From Methanothermobacter marburgensis str. Marburg (lineage in GTDB: Archaea; Methanobacteriota; Methanobacteria; Methanobacteriales; Methanothermobacteraceae), in the NCBI RefSeq assembly GCF_000145295.1, contig NC_014408.1:450001-482000 (forward strand): DNA of 32,000 bases. The letters are read 5' to 3'. The notes below the pieces were generated by a model, which saw only the letters and a list, made by a program, of their open reading frames with translations, searched no databases and was not told where the DNA came from. Made by a program: the position numbers and the translations under genes. Positions 27,784-32,000 of this stretch are shown here, piece after piece; the first letter of the stretch is position 1; each line of letters opens with the position of its first letter.

Positions 27784-28224
27784 ATGATCCGAAAAAGACG
27801 AAAGATCACAAGGATGAGGGGCTCACGTACCGTCGGTGGAGGATGCTCCAAGAAGAGAAGGGGAGCAGGTCACCGCGGAGGTAGAGGACAGGCCGGTGGA
27901 CACAAACACCACTGGACATGGATCGTCAAGTACGACCCAAAACACTTTGGAAAGTACGGTTTCAAAAGGCCCCAGAAACTCATAAAGAGGCTGGAAACAG
28001 TTAACCTTGCCTACATCGACGAAAGGATTCCTGGCCTCCTTGAGAAGGGAATCGCATCTGAAGAGGACGGAATGGTGGTTCTGGATGTGAGGGACCTTGG
28101 CTTCGAAAAGGTCCTTGGAAGCGGAAGGATCACACGACCCGTCCACATTAAGGCCCTTGAGTTCTCTGAGAGTGCCGTTGAGAAGATCACAGAGGCCGGG
28201 GGAAAGGCTGAAGTGATAGAGTAA
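27784..28224 (+). CDS. rpl15: 50S ribosomal protein L15 (uL15)
   Basis: 146 aa. RGSRTVGGGCSKKRRGAGHRGGRGQAGGHKHH. Confidence 0.95.
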   Translation: MIRKRRKITRMRGSRTVGGGCSKKRRGAGHRGGRGQAGGHKHHWTWIVKYDPKHFGKYGFKRPQKLIKRLETVNLAYIDERIPGLLEKGIASEEDGMVVLDVRDLGFEKVLGSGRITRPVHIKALEFSESAVEKITEAGGKAEVIE

Positions 28225-28241
28225 ACCAGCATTGACAAGGA

Positions 28242-29612
28242 GTGGAGCAGTTGAAGGAAAAATTTGAGCCCATATTCTCAGTCCTGCCACAGGTTAAATC
28301 ACCTGGCTACAGGGTACCATTCAGGGAGAAACTCAAATGGACAGGTATAATCCTTGTCCTCTATTTCTTCCTGGCCCAGATACCACTCTACGGTTTAAGC
28401 CCAAGGGCTGTGGACCAGTTTGCCCAGCTGAGGGCTGTTCTTGCAGGAAACTTCGGTTCAATACTCACACTGGGTATAGGACCCATTGTGTCAGCATCAA
28501 TCATACTCCAGCTTCTGGTTGGAGGTAAGATACTGAAACTGGACCTCTCGAAGCATGAGGATAAGGCCTTTTTCCAGGGACTGCAGAAACTCCTTGCCAT
28601 CGTATTCACCTTCTTTGAGGCACTGATATTTGTACTGACAGGGTCACTGGCACCATCAGCCCCCCAGTTTGTCTGGATACTCATACTGCAGCTCACAATT
28701 GGAGGAATACTCATAATATTCCTCGATGAGGTTGTATCCAAATGGGGCTTTGGTAGCGGTGTTGGACTTTTCATTGCAGCAGGCGTATCCCAGGAGATAA
28801 TTGTGGGTGCCTTCAACCCCCTCTCTGCACCCACGCAGCCAGGGGTACCCGCCGGTAGAATAACAGGTTTCCTCTACCTCCTCTTCACAGGGCAGAGTCC
28901 TGATTTCCAGTACTACGTCCTGCCTGTACTGGCCCTCATTGGAGTTTTCCTCGTCGTTGTCTATGCCGAGAGTATGAGGGTGGAGATACCCATATCCATG
29001 GGAGGGGGTAAGAGGCTCTCAAGGGGCGCTGTCGGAAAGTATCCCCTGCGTTTCATATACGCCAGTAACATGCCGGTTATACTGACAAGCGCACTCCTCC
29101 TGAATGTTCAGTTAATGGCGAACGTATTCCAGAAACTTGGCTACCCCATACTTGGTACTGTAAGCAATGGGCAGGCGGTTGATGGGCTCGCATATCTTCT
29201 CACGGCTCCACGCTCAATCGACGCCATCATACTGGACCCATTCAAGGTACTGTTCTATGCGGTTGTATTCATAGGGCTCTGTATCCTCTTTGCCTGGCTC
29301 TGGGTTGAGATAAGTAACATAGGTCCAAAGCATGTTGCAAAACAGCTTTACCAGATGGGTATGCAGATTCCTGGTTTCAGGAGCAGCAGGGGGCAGTTCG
29401 AGAAGATACTGAAACGCTACATACCCACGATAACGATCCTGGGAGGGGCATTTGTGGGGCTCCTTGCATTCGTAGCTGACCTGACGGGTTCTCTTGGTGG
29501 AGGTACAGGTGTCCTTCTAACGGTGGGTATAGTTTACAGGCTCTATGAGGAGATTGCCCAGGAGCAGCTGATGGATATGCACCCCATACTCAGAAGCTTC
29601 CTGGGAGATTAG
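28242..29612 (+). CDS. secY: Preprotein translocase subunit SecY
   Basis: 456 aa, about 10 TM segments. FSVLPQVKSPGYRVPFREKLKWT N-terminus, GIGPIVSASIILQLL (TM2 plug/ring region), and position after L15. The start may be the TTG at 28251 (MKEKFEP...) rather than the GTG at 28242. Confidence 0.95.
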   Translation: MEQLKEKFEPIFSVLPQVKSPGYRVPFREKLKWTGIILVLYFFLAQIPLYGLSPRAVDQFAQLRAVLAGNFGSILTLGIGPIVSASIILQLLVGGKILKLDLSKHEDKAFFQGLQKLLAIVFTFFEALIFVLTGSLAPSAPQFVWILILQLTIGGILIIFLDEVVSKWGFGSGVGLFIAAGVSQEIIVGAFNPLSAPTQPGVPAGRITGFLYLLFTGQSPDFQYYVLPVLALIGVFLVVVYAESMRVEIPISMGGGKRLSRGAVGKYPLRFIYASNMPVILTSALLLNVQLMANVFQKLGYPILGTVSNGQAVDGLAYLLTAPRSIDAIILDPFKVLFYAVVFIGLCILFAWLWVEISNIGPKHVAKQLYQMGMQIPGFRSSRGQFEKILKRYIPTITILGGAFVGLLAFVADLTGSLGGGTGVLLTVGIVYRLYEEIAQEQLMDMHPILRSFLGD

Positions 29613-29642
29613 GATAATCTTTTAATCCATGGGAGTGGTACA

Positions 29643-30200
29643 ATGAAGGTTGTTGTAGTTGCAGGTATACCTGGTTCAGGAAGCACGACGGTCCTTGAGA
29701 ACACCCTCAGGGAGCTTGACTATCTCAATGTGAATTACGGGGATGTCATGCTTGAAATAGCCCGTGAAAAGGGACTTGTTGAAAACAGGGATCAGATGAG
29801 AACCCTTGAACCTGGAGTTCAGAAGGAGATACAGAGGGCGGCTGCGAAAAGTATAAGAGAAAGGTCACTGGAAAATAATATAATCGTCGATACACACTGC
29901 ACCATAAAGACGCCTGCTGGTTTTCTGCCAGGTCTTCCAGTATGGGTTCTTGAGGAACTGGAACCTGACATGTTTGTGCTTGTGGAGGCTGATCCAGAGG
30001 AGATCTTCACAAGAAGAATTAGTGATACTTCCAGAAACAGGGATATGGAATCCCTGCAGGAGATCGACCTCCATCAGCAGATGAACAGGGCGGCTGCAAT
30101 GGCCTACGCCACCCTCACAGGCGCAACAGTTAAGATTGTTAAGAACCACAACAACCAGCTTGAGTCTGCAGTCAGTGAGATGAAGAACATTCTGGAGTAA
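29643..30200 (+). CDS. adkA: Adenylate kinase, archaeal type
   Basis: 185 aa. P-loop VAGIPGSGSTT. Family-typical length and position after secY. Confidence 0.93.
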   Translation: MKVVVVAGIPGSGSTTVLENTLRELDYLNVNYGDVMLEIAREKGLVENRDQMRTLEPGVQKEIQRAAAKSIRERSLENNIIVDTHCTIKTPAGFLPGLPVWVLEELEPDMFVLVEADPEEIFTRRISDTSRNRDMESLQEIDLHQQMNRAAAMAYATLTGATVKIVKNHNNQLESAVSEMKNILE

Positions 30201-30218
30201 GATAAAGAGGAAACAAAA

Positions 30219-30785
30219 ATGGTTCTTGAAGTCGTATACGGGGCACTGAACGCTGTATTCGGTCCATTCATTGCAATGGACCCGAATCCACAGAACCCCA
30301 TCCTCACGGTATTCCTGATATCAGCAATAGTGGCCTTTATCATCACACTGGCAAACAAGTTGCTCGTGGACCAGGAAAGGCTCGAAGAACTTAAAGCTGA
30401 AATGCAGGAATTCCAGCAGGAGATGATGGAGGCAAGAAAGAAGAATGACATGCAGGCGCTTGAGGAGATCCAGAAAAAACAGATGGAGTTCATGGACAAA
30501 CAGCGCGAAATGATGACCATGTCATTCAAACCAATGATAGTCACATTCGTGCCCATAATCCTTGTCTTCTACTGGATGGGACAGGAACCACACATAGTCA
30601 AGACACTGGTGATATTGCCCCAGATTGCATACTATGTCCTCCTTGTCCCCCTGTGGCATATGTTCTATGGCATGCCACCAAACGCCCCATCCTATGCCAT
30701 AGGATGGCTTGGCTGGTACATCTTATGCTCCTTTGCAATGTCCCAGATATTCAGAAAGTTCATGGGACTTAAAGGTGGAATGTAA
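30219..30785 (+). CDS. DUF106-family membrane protein (archaeal Oxa1/YidC/EMC3-like insertase candidate)
   Basis: 188 aa. TM1 (ILTVFLISAIVAFIITLA), a long charged coiled-coil hairpin (QERLEELKAEMQEFQQEMMEARKK...QKKQMEFMDKQREMM), and then 2 or more further TM segments. This is the DUF106 architecture as in M. jannaschii Mj0480. Confidence 0.8.
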   Translation: MVLEVVYGALNAVFGPFIAMDPNPQNPILTVFLISAIVAFIITLANKLLVDQERLEELKAEMQEFQQEMMEARKKNDMQALEEIQKKQMEFMDKQREMMTMSFKPMIVTFVPIILVFYWMGQEPHIVKTLVILPQIAYYVLLVPLWHMFYGMPPNAPSYAIGWLGWYILCSFAMSQIFRKFMGLKGGM

Positions 30786-30803
30786 CTTTATGGAGAGATT
30801 GAA

Positions 30804-31070
30804 ATGCCAGAGTTAAGATACAGATCCAGATCATATAAGAGAATCTTCAAGAGAACTCCTGGAGGAAGGACGGTTATACATTACCGCAGAAAGAAACCAT
30901 CAAAGCATGTATGTGCTGGCTGCGGAAAGCCACTCCATGGTGTTCCAAGAGGAAGACCCTACGAGATAAGAAAACTCTCAAAGTCCAAGAAGAGACCCAA
31001 CAGACCATACGGTGGTTACTACTGTTCAAGCTGCGCACGCAAAGTCTTTAAGAAAGAGGCAAGGTCATAA
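30804..31070 (+). CDS. rpl34e: 50S ribosomal protein L34e (eL34)
   Basis: 88 aa. [22 protein letters not shown] and the [10 protein letters not shown]...CSSC zinc motif. Confidence 0.94.
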   Translation: MPELRYRSRSYKRIFKRTPGGRTVIHYRRKKPSKHVCAGCGKPLHGVPRGRPYEIRKLSKSKKRPNRPYGGYYCSSCARKVFKKEARS

Positions 31071-31588
31071 TGATCATAACCATCGGTGGTCTGGCCGGCA
31101 CTGGCACAACAACCGTTGCCAGGATTCTGTCTGAGAGGACCGGGATACCCTGTGTATCTGCAGGTGATGTGTTCAGGCAGATGGCTGCTGAGAGGAAACT
31201 TGACATACTGGAGTTCAGCAAACTCGCAGAGGAGAATCCAGAGATAGACATAGAGATCGACAGGAGACAGGCCAGACTTGCAGATGAACATGAGGACCTC
31301 ATACTTGAGGGAAGACTCTCTGCACACTTTGCAAGGGCGGATCTGAAGGTTCTGCTGATGGCACCCTTTGATGTGAGGGCACAGCGAATAAGTATCCGGG
31401 AATCCAAGGACCTGGAGACGGTCAAGAATGAGATCCGGATACGTGAGGCCAGTGAAGCCCAGAGGTACAGGGAGATTCACGGTATAGATGTGGATGACCT
31501 TGAGGTATACGACATTGTGATAAACACCAGCCATTTTGACGCTGAAGGCGTGGCTGAAATCATACTAAAAGTTACCGAGGTGATTTAA
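31070..31588 (+). CDS. cmk: Cytidylate kinase, archaeal type
   Basis: 172 aa. P-loop [12 protein letters not shown]. The start overlaps the L34e stop (taATG) and its stop overlaps the L14e start. Confidence 0.9.
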   Translation: MIITIGGLAGTGTTTVARILSERTGIPCVSAGDVFRQMAAERKLDILEFSKLAEENPEIDIEIDRRQARLADEHEDLILEGRLSAHFARADLKVLLMAPFDVRAQRISIRESKDLETVKNEIRIREASEAQRYREIHGIDVDDLEVYDIVINTSHFDAEGVAEIILKVTEVI

Positions 31589-31815
31589 TGGCAGCAATAG
31601 AAGTTGGAAGAGTATGTGTGAAAACCGCAGGTAGAGAAGCCGGTGAAAAATGCGTGATACTTGATATCATCGACAAAAACTTCGTTGAAGTTGTGGGTGT
31701 CAATGTTAAGAACAGGAGGTGTAACATAGGACACCTTGAACCAACAGAGAAGAAGATAGAGATCAAATCCGATGATGTCGAGGAAATAAAGAAGGAACTT
31801 GAATCCCTTGAATAA
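31588..31815 (+). CDS. rpl14e: 50S ribosomal protein L14e (eL14)
   Basis: 75 aa. KOW-like [26 protein letters not shown]. Confidence 0.92.
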   Translation: MAAIEVGRVCVKTAGREAGEKCVILDIIDKNFVEVVGVNVKNRRCNIGHLEPTEKKIEIKSDDVEEIKKELESLE

Positions 31816-31845
31816 ATCCACCTCTTATTTTTGCAGGTATCCCTC

Positions 31846-32000
31846 ATGGCAGAATTCATAGAGTTAAAGGAGTCACGCACGGACCCTGCATATGGGTGTC
31901 CGCCCCACGAGAGGGACATTGAGACCCACATATCACATGGCGTTGTTAACCTTGATAAACCATCTGGCCCCACCTCCCACCAGGTGGATGCATGGGTTCG
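31846..32000 (+). CDS. truB: tRNA/rRNA pseudouridine synthase B (Cbf5/TruB), 3'-truncated by the window edge
   Basis: The ATG at 31846 gives MAEFIELKESRTDPAYGCPPHERDIETHISHGVVNLDKPSGPTSHQVDAWV. The block ending in LDKPSGPTSH contains the catalytic-Asp motif of Cbf5. The antisense track ORF 31572..31973 is spurious. Confidence 0.88.
   Translation, partial: MAEFIELKESRTDPAYGCPPHERDIETHISHGVVNLDKPSGPTSHQVDAWV

Overview
This window looks like core chromosome of a Methanothermobacter-type methanogen (about 50% GC, GGAGGTGA-type Shine-Dalgarno sites, A/T-rich TATA boxes). From memory, the gene order matches the M. thermautotrophicus region where the MTH19xx genes run into MTH1-MTH3x. Nt 16.3-31.8 kb is one tightly packed plus-strand ribosomal-protein super-operon: L3-L4-L23-L2-S19-L22-S3-L29-aSUI1-Rpp29-S17-L14-L24-S4e-L5-S14-S8-L6-L32e-L19e-L18-S5-L30-L15-SecY-Adk-DUF106-L34e-Cmk-L14e, followed by the start of Cbf5/TruB. 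The S14 gene is too short for the ORF track and was found by eye. The first 16 kb carries housekeeping and poorly characterised conserved archaeal genes. These are an MBL-fold hydrolase, a GTPase/DUF2073-like/Zn-ribbon trio, an NFACT (Rqc2-like) protein, and a large DUF2070-like membrane protein. They continue with a fumarase beta subunit, an amidohydrolase-like protein, a NYN-domain protein, a SelA-like PLP enzyme, RtcA, BirA-PycA, and two putative RNA methyltransferases. I recognise no tRNA or rRNA gene, CRISPR array, transposon, integrase or defence island. I see no convincing evidence for a wholly new system. The items most worth a second look are: (1) the uncharacterised GTPase trio; (2) the translationally coupled NYN and SelA-like PLP pair next to RtcA; (3) an RtcA gene whose conserved N-terminus has no canonical start codon; (4) a 69-bp tandem duplication covering the 3' end of a methyltransferase gene; (5) an acidic tandem-repeat tail on ribosomal protein S3; (6) a 108-nt inverted-repeat-rich spacer inside the otherwise gap-free r-protein operon. 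Several ORF-track starts were moved to downstream starts that have a Shine-Dalgarno site and conserved N-termini. All family assignments come from motif recognition by eye, not from database searches.
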